NCBI GenBank assembly: GCA_963766735.1
Contig: CAVYBU010000030.1
Span: 32,001 to 96,000, forward strand
Direction of reading: 5' to 3'
DNA length: 64,000 nucleotides
Origin: an uncultured Chloroflexia bacterium
GTDB taxonomy: Bacteria; Chloroflexota; Limnocylindria; Limnocylindrales; CSP1-4
Position numbers and translations under genes: made by a program. The notes below the pieces were generated by a model. It was given only the letters and a program-made list of their open reading frames with translations. It did no database searches and was not told the origin of the DNA. Below, piece by piece: positions 19,353-31,677 of the stretch. The first letter of the stretch is position 1, and each line of letters opens with the position of its first letter.

Positions 19353-21035
19353 GTGACCGACGCCGCACCCGTCCCGTCTCGCATCGACGAGATCGCCGAG
19401 CGCTTCTGGGAGGACTTCCTCCGGCTCAATCCGACGACGGCCACCGTCTACGGCGACGACCGCTACGACGACGTGCTCGAGGACCCCGGACCCGCCGGGC
19501 GGGCCGCCGTGCGGGCGCTCTTCGAAGGTGCGAACCGCGACGCCCAGGCCATCCCCGAGGACGGCCTCCCGGTCGAGGACAGGATCACCCGCGACATGCT
19601 CCGGATCGTCGCCGAGACGGTCGTCGAGGCCGATGACCTGGGCTTCCACGAGATCCGAGAGGTCGACCAGATCGACAACCCGATGACGGGGATGGCCCAG
19701 CTTGCCCAGTTCCAGAGGGCGGATACGCCGGAGCGCCTGGAGAAGTGGCTGGCTCGGCTCCGCGCCTACGGGCCCTACGTGGACGCCCGGATCGCCGTGA
19801 TGCGCGACGGCGTGGCGTCGGGCCGGACGCCGGCCCGGATCGTGGCGGAGCGGCTCGTCGACCAGCTTCGTCCCACGGCGTCGCTGCCGGCGGACGAGGC
19901 GGTCCTGACCGTCCTGTCACGGGTCGCCTCGGACGGGGATCGCGCCCTGGTTGCCGAGGTCGTCCGCGACGTCGTCCTGCCGGCCGATCGCCGGTACCTC
20001 GAGGTCCTGGAGCGGGAGGTTCTGCCGGCCTCGCGCGACGTACCCGGGCTCGTCTCGGCCCCCGACGGCGATGCCCTCTACCGGCACGCCATCCGGTCGT
20101 GGACCACCATGGACGCCAATCCGTCTGATGTCCACCAGGTGGGCCTCGACGAGCTGGCGGCGATCGACCAGGAACGGCGTGACATCGCGCGTGTCGAGGG
20201 CTACGGCGATGTCGCGGCCTACCGGCTCGCGCTCGCCACGGACCTGGCCAACCAGGCCCCGACGCAGGATGCGCTGGTGGCGCGGGCCACCGAGGACATT
20301 GCCCGCGCGGCGGCGGTGGCCCCAACGATGTTCGGGCGCCTGCCGCGGGCCGGCTGCGAGGTCCGCCCGGTCGAGGCGTTCAAGGAGCAGAACGCGCCGT
20401 TCGCGTACTACTACCCGCCCGCCCTGGACGGGTCCAGGAGCGGTACCTACTACGTCAACACCTACGACCTGCCCAGCCGGACGTACTCCAAGCTGGCGTC
20501 CACCACGTACCACGAGGCGATCCCGGGTCATCACTTCCAGATCAGCCTGGAGATGGAGCACCCGAGCCTCAACGTGTTCCGCCGGCTCGGCGCCCGGCTC
20601 GCGGGGGGCGCCTACGTGGAGGGCTGGGGGCTGTACGCGGAGCGCCTCGCGGACGAGCTGGGGCTCTACCGGAGTGCCGCCGAGCGGTTCGGAATGCTCG
20701 AGGCCCAGGCCTGGCGCGCCTCGCGTCTCGTCGTCGACTCCGGGCTGCACGGCCTGGGCTGGTCCAGGCAGCGGTCGGTGGACTGGCTCCTTGCCTCCGG
20801 CCTGTCCGAGACCGACGCCAACATCGAGACGGACCGCTACATCGTCTGGCCCGGCCAGGCGCTCACGTACATGCTGGGTTTTCGCGAGATCCGCCGCCTC
20901 CGCCGCGAGCTCGAGGCCCGCGATGGCGACCGGTTCGACCTGAAGCGCTTCCACGACGAGCTGATCGGACACGGGTCGCTGCCCCTGGCGACGCTCGCCC
21001 GCCAGCTACCGCTGTGGGTGACGCCCGCGGAGTAG
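19353..21035 (+). CDS. DUF885 family protein (putative metallopeptidase)
   Basis: YHEAIPGHHFQ, YVEGWGLYAE, RLVVDSGLH and PGQALTY motifs. Confidence 0.92.
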   Translation: MTDAAPVPSRIDEIAERFWEDFLRLNPTTATVYGDDRYDDVLEDPGPAGRAAVRALFEGANRDAQAIPEDGLPVEDRITRDMLRIVAETVVEADDLGFHEIREVDQIDNPMTGMAQLAQFQRADTPERLEKWLARLRAYGPYVDARIAVMRDGVASGRTPARIVAERLVDQLRPTASLPADEAVLTVLSRVASDGDRALVAEVVRDVVLPADRRYLEVLEREVLPASRDVPGLVSAPDGDALYRHAIRSWTTMDANPSDVHQVGLDELAAIDQERRDIARVEGYGDVAAYRLALATDLANQAPTQDALVARATEDIARAAAVAPTMFGRLPRAGCEVRPVEAFKEQNAPFAYYYPPALDGSRSGTYYVNTYDLPSRTYSKLASTTYHEAIPGHHFQISLEMEHPSLNVFRRLGARLAGGAYVEGWGLYAERLADELGLYRSAAERFGMLEAQAWRASRLVVDSGLHGLGWSRQRSVDWLLASGLSETDANIETDRYIVWPGQALTYMLGFREIRRLRRELEARDGDRFDLKRFHDELIGHGSLPLATLARQLPLWVTPAE

Positions 21036-21118
21036 GTCCTGGCGATGCGTGCGAGCCCGCCCCGGGTGACGCCCGCCGGGCAGCCGCGCCGATGCGGCGC
21101 TACCGCGACCGGGCCTGC

Positions 21119-22534
21119 CTAGCTGTCGAAGCCGATCCCGACCGCGTCCATCGCGCGCAGGAACCAGCTCCGGCGGCCCGCGTGATCGTCGGCGGAGATG
21201 ACGGCGCGACGCATGAGCTCCACCGTCGGGGTCCGCAGGGGCTCCGGCGGGATCGGCAAGGGCGAGGACCGCACGAACCGGAGATCGAGGCGCGGCGAGT
21301 CCGGTCGCAGCACCAGGTCCCGCAGGATCCCGCCCCCCCAGCGGGCTGCCCCGACCCCCAGGCCGGTGTAGCCCAGCGCGTAGTGCACGCGCCCGCCCAG
21401 CGCCTCGCCGAAGGTGACGGAGAACCGCGTGGTGGTGTCGATCGCCCCGCCCCACCGGTGCGTGTAGCGGATCCCGGCCAGCTGCGGGAACGCGGCCTCG
21501 AAGTTGGCGGCGAGCTTGTCGAACGTCTCCGGCCGCTGGTCGTGTGCGGGGAGCACCTGGTTGCCGGGGTGGTACACGGCGTCGTAGCCGCCCCACAGGA
21601 TCCGGTCGTCTGCGGACCGGCGGAAGTAGTGGAACTGGTTGCCAGAGTCCGACATGCCCTCGCGGCCGGCCCAGCCGATCGAGTCCAGCTGGGAGGCGGA
21701 CAACGGCTCCGTCATGAGGACGTAGTCGTAGATCGGGACGAACACCGGGACCAGGCGGCGCATCCAGCCGCTGTACGCGGAGGTGGCCACCAGCGCGTGC
21801 GCCGCCTCGATGCGCGCGCCGCCCTGGATGTCGATCGTCACGCCGCCCGCCCGGCGCCGGATCCCGGTGACGCGCGACCCCTCGTGGATGGCCGCCCCGC
21901 GCCGCTCGGCGGCCGTCGCCAGGCCCCAGGCCAGCTTCGCCGGGTTGACCAGGACGCAGTGCTCCGGGCCGGCCCGGAAGCCCGCCAGCCAGCGCGGTGA
22001 GTGGACCTCGGCCTGGATCGCAGCCCGGTCCAGGAAGCTGAAGCCGCTGCCGTGGCGATCCCCCAGCTCCACGTAGGCGGCCAGCTCCGCCACCTCGTGC
22101 TCCTGCGTCGCGACGCCCAGGGTCCCTGTGGCCTCCAGTTCGGCATCGATGCCCTCGTCGCGCACGAAGGCCACCAGATCGGCCAGGTTCTGCTTCCCCT
22201 CCGCCTCCAGGACGTCGATCTCCTCCGGGTGGTGGAGCAGACCGTTGGACAGGCCGTGCGTCAGCGAGGCCTCGCAGAACCCGCCGTTCCGCCCGCTTGC
22301 GCCCCAGCCGACTCGGTCCGCCTCCAGCACGGCGACCCGCAACGAGGGATCGGCGTCGAGCAGGGCGATGGCGGTCCAGAGCCCGGTGAACCCACCCCCG
22401 ACGATGGCGATGTCCACGCGGCTGTTCCCCGACGCGGGGGCGCGGACTGGTCCGGGGTCGCCGCTGGCGAACCAGAAGCTGCCGCCGGCCGGTCCGGGGC
22501 CTGATCCGGTAGGGGTGCCGGCGGGGGTGCTCAT
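21119..22534 (-). CDS. FAD-dependent oxidoreductase (DadA/PuuB-like amine oxidase)
   Basis: IVGGGFTGL, GASGRNGG, WGGAID and GYTGLGVG motifs. Confidence 0.9.
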   Translation of the reverse strand: MSTPAGTPTGSGPGPAGGSFWFASGDPGPVRAPASGNSRVDIAIVGGGFTGLWTAIALLDADPSLRVAVLEADRVGWGASGRNGGFCEASLTHGLSNGLLHHPEEIDVLEAEGKQNLADLVAFVRDEGIDAELEATGTLGVATQEHEVAELAAYVELGDRHGSGFSFLDRAAIQAEVHSPRWLAGFRAGPEHCVLVNPAKLAWGLATAAERRGAAIHEGSRVTGIRRRAGGVTIDIQGGARIEAAHALVATSAYSGWMRRLVPVFVPIYDYVLMTEPLSASQLDSIGWAGREGMSDSGNQFHYFRRSADDRILWGGYDAVYHPGNQVLPAHDQRPETFDKLAANFEAAFPQLAGIRYTHRWGGAIDTTTRFSVTFGEALGGRVHYALGYTGLGVGAARWGGGILRDLVLRPDSPRLDLRFVRSSPLPIPPEPLRTPTVELMRRAVISADDHAGRRSWFLRAMDAVGIGFDS

Positions 22535-22624
22535 CGCGCTGACACTGTACGCGGATCTCTGTCTCCGTGGCTGATTGACGTGCGCATTTCGTACCTGTAT
22601 CGGTCATCGGGGACGATATTCGTG

Positions 22625-22683
22625 TTGACGCCCGCGACGGTGCTGTGGCACGATCGGGCTGAGTTGTTGCATAGCCCGCAACA
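22625..22683 (+). promoter_or_regulatory. Sigma70-type promoter followed by palindromic operator TGTTGC-N7-GCAACA
   Basis: TTGACG (22625) - 18 nt - CACGAT; inverted repeat at 22665-22683 ahead of the aminotransferase-IclR genes. Confidence 0.55.
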
Positions 22684-22780
22684 CACGTCCTATGAGGCGC
22701 CTGTCGCGGGCCCCCGTACGTCGCCGCCAGAACTGCGGAGGCGGCCCGTCAGGGCCGCGGGGTCGAAGCCTGGAGGCATC

Positions 22781-24154
22781 ATGACCGCCGAACCCGCCGC
22801 GCGCCCCACCCCTACCCTGGACCGCCGGCGCCAGCTGGAGATGTACCGCCGTGCGATCGAGACGCTTCCCGGTGGCACCAACTCGAACTTCCGGGCCTGG
22901 GGCGAGGACACCATCTACGTCGACCGGGGCAAGGGCGGCCTGGTCTGGGACATCGACGGCAACGAGTACATCGACCTCCGGATGGGCTATGGGCCGGTCG
23001 TGCTCGGGCACGGTGACGATCGCGTGGACGACCACGTCAACGAGCGGATGCGCCGGGGCGTCAGCTTCTCGATCACGAGCGAGGACGAGGTCCGCGCGAT
23101 GGAGCTCCTCAAGGAGCTCAATCCCTGGGTGAAGAAGGCGCGGATGACCGTGTCCGGCACCGAGGCGACGATGCATGCCATGCGCGTCGCGCGGGCCTAT
23201 ACCGGCCGCACGAAGATCGTGAAGTTCGAGGGCCAGTACCACGGCGTCCACGACTACGCGCTGATCAGCGTCGCGCCCAGCAACATGGCCGATCTGGGCG
23301 ACGAGGACAACCCCGTTGGCCTGGCCTGGGGTCGCGGGATTCCGGCCGAGATCGCGAAGACGATCATCCCGGCCCGCTACAACAACATCGAGCGCTTGCG
23401 GGCGCTGTTCGAGCGGCAGGGCGAGGAGATCGCCGCGGTCATCGTGGAGCCGGTCCTGGGGAACGCCCAGGGCATCATGCCCAAGCCGGGCTTCCACCAG
23501 GCGATGCGGGCGCTCACCGAGGAGTTCGGCATCCTGCTGATCTTCGACGAGGTCAAGACGGGCTTCCGGTTCGCCCGGGGCGGCGCGGCCGAGTTCTTCG
23601 GCATCACGCCGGACCTCGCGACCTACGGCAAGGCGCTGGCCAACGGCTACCCGACGGCGGCCTTCGGCGGGCGCGAGGAGGTCATGAGCGTCCTCCCCGG
23701 CAGCGTCAGCCACGGCGGCACGTACGCGGGCAACCGCGTCGCCGCGGCCGCAGCGACCAAGACCATCGAGATCCTCCGGGACACGGACGCGCTCGCCACC
23801 ATCCGAGCCACCGGCGAGCGGATCCAGGTCGGCCTCCGGAGCCTCCTGGACGCCAAGGGGCTCGCCTACAACATCACCGGCCATCCGTCGATGTTCGGGA
23901 TCATGTTCACAGAGCACGTGGCGTCCGAGTACCGCGACTGGGCGAACACGGACCATGCCCTCTACGACGCCATCGCCGTGGGGATGCACGCCCGTGGTGC
24001 CATGCCGGAGCCGGACAGCCGCGAGCCCTGGTTCATCTGCGAGGCGCACGCACAGGGGGACACGGTGGACCGCGTGGTGTCGATCTTCGGCGATTCCCTG
24101 GATGCAGCCCTGGAGCTCAAGGCCCGTGGTGAGTTGGATGCGTCCGCTCACTGA
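22781..24154 (+). CDS. Class III PLP aminotransferase (HemL-like, probably catabolic)
   Basis: SGTEATM, FEGQYHG, IFDEVKTGFR and TYGKALANG (PLP lysine); GGAGG RBS. Confidence 0.9.
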   Translation: MTAEPAARPTPTLDRRRQLEMYRRAIETLPGGTNSNFRAWGEDTIYVDRGKGGLVWDIDGNEYIDLRMGYGPVVLGHGDDRVDDHVNERMRRGVSFSITSEDEVRAMELLKELNPWVKKARMTVSGTEATMHAMRVARAYTGRTKIVKFEGQYHGVHDYALISVAPSNMADLGDEDNPVGLAWGRGIPAEIAKTIIPARYNNIERLRALFERQGEEIAAVIVEPVLGNAQGIMPKPGFHQAMRALTEEFGILLIFDEVKTGFRFARGGAAEFFGITPDLATYGKALANGYPTAAFGGREEVMSVLPGSVSHGGTYAGNRVAAAAATKTIEILRDTDALATIRATGERIQVGLRSLLDAKGLAYNITGHPSMFGIMFTEHVASEYRDWANTDHALYDAIAVGMHARGAMPEPDSREPWFICEAHAQGDTVDRVVSIFGDSLDAALELKARGELDASAH

Positions 24155-24179
24155 CGCCCCGCTCCAAGGTGACCTTCGC

Positions 24180-24950
24180 ATGACGTTCGACGGGAGCGCG
24201 GTCCGATCCGTCGACCGCGCTGCCGCCCTGCTGCTCGCCCTCGGGGATTGCGCCGGCGAGGCCGGCGTGACCGACCTTGCCCGCCGCCTGGGCTTGCACA
24301 AGTCGACCGCGTCGCGCCTGCTCGCGACGCTCGAGAAGAGGGGCCTCGTGGAGCAGGACGAGGAATCCGGCAAGTACCGCCTCGGCCTCATCGTGATCCG
24401 CCTCGCCGAGCGCGCGGAGCGCACGCTGGACCTCCGCGTCATCGCGATGCCGGAGCTGGATCGTCTTTCCCGGGTCACCCGGGAGACCACCGGGATCGGG
24501 GTGCTTGACGGCGACCAGATGCTCACTGTCGCCCAGGCCGATGGGCCCAACCTGGTCGCGATGGGGGACTGGACCGGCCGGGCCGCTCCGCTCCACTCGG
24601 TTGCGGCGGGCAAGGTCCTGCTCGCGTCCCTCCCGGAGCGGGAGATCATGCGACTCGTTCGGCGCGGCCTGGCCCGGTGCACCGAGCGGACCATCACGCA
24701 GCTGGAACCCCTCCTGGAGGATCTGGCCCGGGTCCGCCGGCGCGGCTACGCGACGGCGTTCGGAGAGTTCAAGGACGGCCTGAACGCCATCGCCGCCCCC
24801 GTCCACGACGCGCGCGGCCAGGTGATCGCTGCCGTGGACGTATGGGGTCCAGCGTTCCGGGTGACGCCGGGCCGGATCCCGGAGATCGCTGGCCACGTCC
24901 GCGAGGCCGCGGGCGCGGTGTCGGTGCGCCTGGGTGGAACGCCGGCCTGA
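24180..24950 (+). CDS. IclR family transcriptional regulator
   Basis: VRSVDRA, HTH (LGLHKSTASRLL), HSVAAGKVLLA and RRRGYA. Confidence 0.93.
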   Translation: MTFDGSAVRSVDRAAALLLALGDCAGEAGVTDLARRLGLHKSTASRLLATLEKRGLVEQDEESGKYRLGLIVIRLAERAERTLDLRVIAMPELDRLSRVTRETTGIGVLDGDQMLTVAQADGPNLVAMGDWTGRAAPLHSVAAGKVLLASLPEREIMRLVRRGLARCTERTITQLEPLLEDLARVRRRGYATAFGEFKDGLNAIAAPVHDARGQVIAAVDVWGPAFRVTPGRIPEIAGHVREAAGAVSVRLGGTPA

Positions 24951-24982
24951 GCTCCGCGGGCCTGCGCTAGGCTAGGCGTGCC

Positions 24983-25930
24983 ATGAAGATCCCCCCCGAC
25001 CTCGAGGAGCGCCTGCTCGAACTGTTGCAGGATCCGATCCTGCCGATCCTGCTGATCATCCTGATCGCGGCGATCTTCATCAGGATCGTGCACGTGGCGA
25101 TCCGTGGCCTGATCAAGGCGCTGCTTGACCGGGAGTCCACCGAGGGCACCGCCCGGGAGCTGTCCGCGGTCGAGATCGGGAAGCGGACGGAAACGCTGGA
25201 CTCGCTCGGCACGGGCGTCGCCCGCCTGTTCATCGCGGTCATCGCTGGAGTCATGATCCTCGGCGAGCTCGGCCTGAACATCGGGCCCGCCGTCGCCGGG
25301 CTCGGCGTTGTCGGGATCGCGGTCGGCTTCGGCGCGCAGAGCCTGGTCCGGGACTACCTCAACGGAGCCCTGATCCTGATCGAGAACCAGTTCGCCATCG
25401 GGGACGTGGTCACGATCGCGGGCGCAACCGGGACCGTCGAGGATTTCAGCCTCCGACGAACCACCCTGCGAGACCTGTCGGGCGTGGTCCACACGGTCCC
25501 CAACGGTGAGATCCACGTGGCCTCGAACAGCACCCGCACGTGGGCCCGGATCAACGAGCACATCCAGGTTGCCTACAGCACGGATATCGAGCGGGCCATC
25601 GAGGTCGTCAACAGGGTGGGCCGGCAGATGTACGAGGATCCCGAGTGGCGGCGGCGGGTCATGGAGGCCCCAAGCGTGCTGCGCGTCCAGTCCCTGGACG
25701 AGTCGGGCGTGACGCTCAAGGTGACGGGGACGGTGCGAGCCTCCGAGCAGTGGGCCGCTGCCGGCGAGTTGCGCCGGCGACTGCTCGTCGCGTTCAACGA
25801 GGCCGGGATCGAGATCCCGTTCCCGCACCGGGTGATGATCTCGCAAAGAACGCCGGCCGGCACCGTCGACGGGACGGGGGCGCTGGCCGCGGCCGAAGGT
25901 GATGATGCAGACGACGGGGAACCCGATTGA
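24983..25930 (+). CDS. MscS-family mechanosensitive channel
   Basis: GIAVGFGAQSLVRD, ENQFAIGD, VPNGEI and GIEIPFP motifs. Confidence 0.93.
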   Translation: MKIPPDLEERLLELLQDPILPILLIILIAAIFIRIVHVAIRGLIKALLDRESTEGTARELSAVEIGKRTETLDSLGTGVARLFIAVIAGVMILGELGLNIGPAVAGLGVVGIAVGFGAQSLVRDYLNGALILIENQFAIGDVVTIAGATGTVEDFSLRRTTLRDLSGVVHTVPNGEIHVASNSTRTWARINEHIQVAYSTDIERAIEVVNRVGRQMYEDPEWRRRVMEAPSVLRVQSLDESGVTLKVTGTVRASEQWAAAGELRRRLLVAFNEAGIEIPFPHRVMISQRTPAGTVDGTGALAAAEGDDADDGEPD

Positions 25931-26001
25931 GGCGTCTCCGCCTTGGCCCCGCCCGACGGGCGCGTAGAATGACCCGACCCAGGAGCTGAGCGGAGGGACA
26001 G

Positions 26002-27973
<1,972 letters not shown>

Positions 27974-27977
27974 CCGC

Positions 27978-28640
27978 GTGCCGTTCGGGTTTCTCAAACG
28001 CAACAAGCCGGACGAAGCGGCCGGCGCTGCGGAGCGGGTGCCGTCCTCGGCAACCCGCCCTGCCGGGGCGGTCCGAGGCGTGGCGTTCACCGCCCTGACC
28101 GAGGACTGGCGACTGCGCGGACGGATGCAGATCCCGGGCAGGTTGTCGGATGCACTCAACAAGCGGGACGCGATCGACATCACGGATGTCACCTGGGGAC
28201 CGCCCCAGGACGCCGGTGCCCTGGAGCCCGCACCCGGTCTGAGGTCCGTCGACCCGTACGATCTGATCCTGGTCACGGCGGGCGAGGACAGCCTGCCGCC
28301 GTTGACCGACGCGGAGCGGGCCGCGCTGAAGAGCCACAAGGTGGCGTACGACGTCGCCCTCGAGGTGCCGCCGTTCCGTGTGATCGGGACGGTCTACCTC
28401 CATCCGGGGTCGGAGCCGGATCGCCTGCTTGACCGGTCGAGCGAGATGTTCGTCCCGGTGGTGGACGGCGTCGCGAAGCTCGGCGACGTCGAGGTCAGTG
28501 ACCCGGAAAGTGAGGTGATCCTCGTCAACCGGTTCTATCTGCGGGGCGTCGTCCAGGTGGACAAGCGGACGGGTGTGCCGCACGTGAAGCTTCCAGGCTC
28601 GCCGCTGGGTGGGACGAGCTGGCAGGACCGCACCCGCTGA
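27978..28640 (+). CDS. Hypothetical protein with two tandem related beta-rich domains (DUF6812-like)
   Basis: GTG 4 nt after the acs stop; [18 protein letters not shown] resembles [20 protein letters not shown]. Confidence 0.65.
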   Translation: MPFGFLKRNKPDEAAGAAERVPSSATRPAGAVRGVAFTALTEDWRLRGRMQIPGRLSDALNKRDAIDITDVTWGPPQDAGALEPAPGLRSVDPYDLILVTAGEDSLPPLTDAERAALKSHKVAYDVALEVPPFRVIGTVYLHPGSEPDRLLDRSSEMFVPVVDGVAKLGDVEVSDPESEVILVNRFYLRGVVQVDKRTGVPHVKLPGSPLGGTSWQDRTR

Positions 28641-28691
28641 TCGTCCGGGGAAGAGTCCGGGAGGTGGCCCGGCCCTGGGAGGCGTCCCGAC

Positions 28692-29921
28692 TCAGGCGCG
28701 TGCGGCCGCCGCACGTCCGAACAGGTTCAGGCCCGCGCGTGCGGGTTCGCGCTCGGCGATGCCGAGCAGCCGGTCCGTCAGGGTCTGGAACTCGCCGCTG
28801 ATCTTCTCCTTGGGAGCCATCTCAACGAGCGCCCGGCCCTCGTTCGACGCCTTGACCTGGAGCAGTCCGCCGGAGCGGATCTGCGCGTAGGCGGGCATGC
28901 CCAGGGCCTTCTCCACGTCGGCCACGGAGACGCCGCTGGCGGCACGGTTGACGACCAGCGACAGGCGATCCCGCATGCCCAGCTCCTCGGCGACGTCGCG
29001 AAGGGTCAATGCGGCCCGGATTGCCGGCAGGTCCGGCGTGACCGGGACCAGGATCCGGTCGGCCTTGTCGAGAACGGCGCGGTTGAGCGGGCTGTAGGAC
29101 GGGTGGAGGTCCACGATCACCCAGTCGGTGGTCCGTCGCGCGACGGTGAGGGCTGTCGCCAGGCGGCCGGGTTCCAGGATCTCGTTGTGGATCGGGTTCG
29201 CGGTCAGCGGCAGGATCCTGATGCCAGACGTGTGCACGGAGGCCAGCTGGTCAAGGGTCTGAGCCGGGCCGCCCTCAAGCTCGTCGCGCCACGCGTCCAC
29301 GACCGTCGGGACGCCGTCCATGCCAAGCGAGGCCGGCACGTGGCCGGTGACCGTGTCCGCATCGACCAGCAGGACTCGCTGTCCGCGGGCGGCCAGAACC
29401 GTCGCGAGATTGGTGGCGATCATCGTCTTGCCAACCCCACCCTTGGGATTGAACACCGCGATCATCTGACCCCGTCCGCCCCAACTGCCCGACTCAAGCT
29501 CGCCCTGGAGGATCGGGCCGCTGCCGTCATCCACGGCGACCGACCGGATGCACATCGCCTCGATGCGCCACCGGATCGACTCGGCGGAGTAGGGGCGGGT
29601 CAGGTACTCGTCGCTGTCATGGCCGGGCGCCGACGCGTCGATCCTGTCAAGCGCCGCCCCGTTGACCACGAGCAGCGCCGGGATGTTCCGTCCCTGCTCG
29701 TGGAGCAGCGACCACGTGTAGGCGCCGCCGTCGAGCTCCCCTTCGACGTCCACGACGGCGACCGCCACATCCCTGCGGACGGCCAGCAGCACCGCCAGCT
29801 CGTGCGCATCGGCGACGGGGACCGGCTCGTAGCCGTTCTCGCGCAACTCGCTGGCGACGGGAGTCAGCTCCGCGTCAGGCAGCAGGATCGCGATAACGGG
29901 GCGGCGGTTCGAGGAGCCCAA
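28692..29921 (-). CDS. CpaE/TadZ-like protein: degenerate receiver domain plus MinD/ParA ATPase
   Basis: N-terminal receiver-like fold (AVVDV...EYLTRPY); deviant Walker A PKGGVGKT; LLVDAD; VIVD; LVVNR. Confidence 0.82.
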   Translation of the reverse strand: MGSSNRRPVIAILLPDAELTPVASELRENGYEPVPVADAHELAVLLAVRRDVAVAVVDVEGELDGGAYTWSLLHEQGRNIPALLVVNGAALDRIDASAPGHDSDEYLTRPYSAESIRWRIEAMCIRSVAVDDGSGPILQGELESGSWGGRGQMIAVFNPKGGVGKTMIATNLATVLAARGQRVLLVDADTVTGHVPASLGMDGVPTVVDAWRDELEGGPAQTLDQLASVHTSGIRILPLTANPIHNEILEPGRLATALTVARRTTDWVIVDLHPSYSPLNRAVLDKADRILVPVTPDLPAIRAALTLRDVAEELGMRDRLSLVVNRAASGVSVADVEKALGMPAYAQIRSGGLLQVKASNEGRALVEMAPKEKISGEFQTLTDRLLGIAEREPARAGLNLFGRAAAARA

Positions 29922-29925
29922 GGGG

Positions 29926-31467
29926 TCAGCCCTCCGTCTCGGGATCGCGCGCGGTCACGGACACGAGGCTGTCGGTAGCGCTGGTCACCCGCGCTGCGAA
30001 GCCGGGCATGCTCGGGATCGCGTCCCGGAACGACACGTCGGGCAGATGGGTCACGTTGAAGACGAACTCACCCTCCGGTCCCGAGGACACGGCGACTCCC
30101 TGTACGCCCGCCAGGCGGCCCAGGTGGCGCTTGAAGCTCGCGATGCTGGCCACGGAGACGAGTCCCGTGACGACCACCTGTGTCGTGCGGGGATCGCCGC
30201 CGATGGCGTCATCGCCGTGACCGGGCATCAGGCTCGCCAGGCGGTCCGTGAAGGACTGGGTCTCGGGGTCGAGGGCGTCGAGGCGGGCGGACATGGCGGC
30301 CTCGGCATCCACGGCCTCTGCAGCCACGGCCTCGGACTCGGTCTCCGCGTCCTCGGTGCCGATCAGCCGCTCCTCGACGGCCTCGTTGACGTCCGGGATG
30401 GTCGCGGTGGCGGCCATGACGGTGTCCGGATCGACCGGATCGACCGGATCGCCGCTATCGGCGTCGCCGGGGTCGCTCTCGGGCACGTCGGCCGTGGCCC
30501 AGCCCGAAGTGTCGTCGGCGCCGGCAGGATTCTCGTCGGCTCCGGTGGTCCAGGTCTGATCGGGCCTGCCCCAGGCACTCCCGGCTTCGTCCTCGGACAC
30601 TGCCTCGGCGACGGCCTGGGCCTCAGCCTCGGCGACGGCCTGGGCCTCAGCCTCGGCAACCGCCTCGGCAACTGCAGGCGCTTCTGCCTCGGCAACTGCC
30701 TCGGGCTCCGCTTCCACGATCTCGACCGGCGCGAACGCCGAGACGTCCATCGTGTCGAGGTTCGCCAGGGCATCGAGCGCGGGGGGCTCGGGCATTGCCT
30801 CAGCCATCGTGGCCAGTCGTGCGGGATCATCCACGCCCGCAAGCCCCTCCACGTAGGCTTCCATGTCCGCGCGGTACTGGACGACCGCACGATCGACTTC
30901 ACCCACGCGGCACTCGACAGCGGCGGCATGGGAGGCCAGCTCGGACTCGAGGGACGACTTGCGCGCCGCGATCCTGGCGTCGGTCTCTTCGCGGATGCGG
31001 GCGATTTCTGCCTTCGACCACTCCTTGATCGAGGCAAGGTCGGTCTCGGACTGGAGACGGATGCCCTGGGCTCCTTCCGCGGCAGCCGCACGGATGTCCT
31101 CGGTCACCTGCGTGGCGTCAGCATCGACCGCGGCGAGTGCCTGGTCGCGGGCGGACTCAGTGGTGGCCCGGATCGCCGCGGCCAGGTCGGTCATCAGCTG
31201 GGTGGGCTTCCTGGCCGCGTGTGGCTGCAGTGTCGGAGTAGCGGCCGGCGGGGTCATGTCGGGCTCCTCGACGGGTGGCTCGGCGGTCGGTGCCGGGCTG
31301 GTCCATGCTGCGGGATCGGATTGAGGCCAGGGCGAAGCGCCCTCGTCGGTCTGATCGGTGACGGCTTCGGGGCCTGCCTCGACCGGCTCAGCGCGATCAG
31401 CATCGTCATCTGAGTGATCAGAGCTCCAGGGGAGCCGGAATCCGGAGCGGGTATCGACGGTCGCCAT
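29926..31467 (-). CDS. Acidic, low-complexity coiled-coil protein with small C-terminal alpha/beta domain
   Basis: Start MATVDTRSGFRLPW with GAGGA RBS; coiled-coil stretch; AEAEAQAV repeats; globular C-terminus. Confidence 0.7.
   Translation of the reverse strand: MATVDTRSGFRLPWSSDHSDDDADRAEPVEAGPEAVTDQTDEGASPWPQSDPAAWTSPAPTAEPPVEEPDMTPPAATPTLQPHAARKPTQLMTDLAAAIRATTESARDQALAAVDADATQVTEDIRAAAAEGAQGIRLQSETDLASIKEWSKAEIARIREETDARIAARKSSLESELASHAAAVECRVGEVDRAVVQYRADMEAYVEGLAGVDDPARLATMAEAMPEPPALDALANLDTMDVSAFAPVEIVEAEPEAVAEAEAPAVAEAVAEAEAQAVAEAEAQAVAEAVSEDEAGSAWGRPDQTWTTGADENPAGADDTSGWATADVPESDPGDADSGDPVDPVDPDTVMAATATIPDVNEAVEERLIGTEDAETESEAVAAEAVDAEAAMSARLDALDPETQSFTDRLASLMPGHGDDAIGGDPRTTQVVVTGLVSVASIASFKRHLGRLAGVQGVAVSSGPEGEFVFNVTHLPDVSFRDAIPSMPGFAARVTSATDSLVSVTARDPETEG
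30602..30710. repeat. Intragenic 24-bp tandem repeat (AEAEAQAV)
   Basis: gcctcggcgacggcctgggcctca occurs exactly at 30602 and 30626, followed by degenerate copies. Confidence 0.8.
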
Positions 31468-31677
31468 TGGTTGGCACTTCCTCTGCGAGACGGGCGGGCC
31501 GGGGCCTGTGCGCACCATATGCGCTCGGACACGCTCGGGAGGAGTCTCTAGAGGTACCAGTGGACGGTTCCGGTGGTACCGGGGGGCCGCGCATTCCCGG
31601 GCCCCCCGGAGCAGGCCCGCACGGGCCGCGCGCCGCCATGGACCGGCGATCCGGTCCGGCCGATTACCATGGGGGCT

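Noticed and set aside
22781-24154. Calling the aminotransferase hemL
   Set aside because: Divergent N-terminal signature, no hem genes nearby and a catabolic context.
30602-30710. CRISPR-like repeat array (also 54845-54937)
   Set aside because: In-frame coding repeats without unique spacers and no cas genes.
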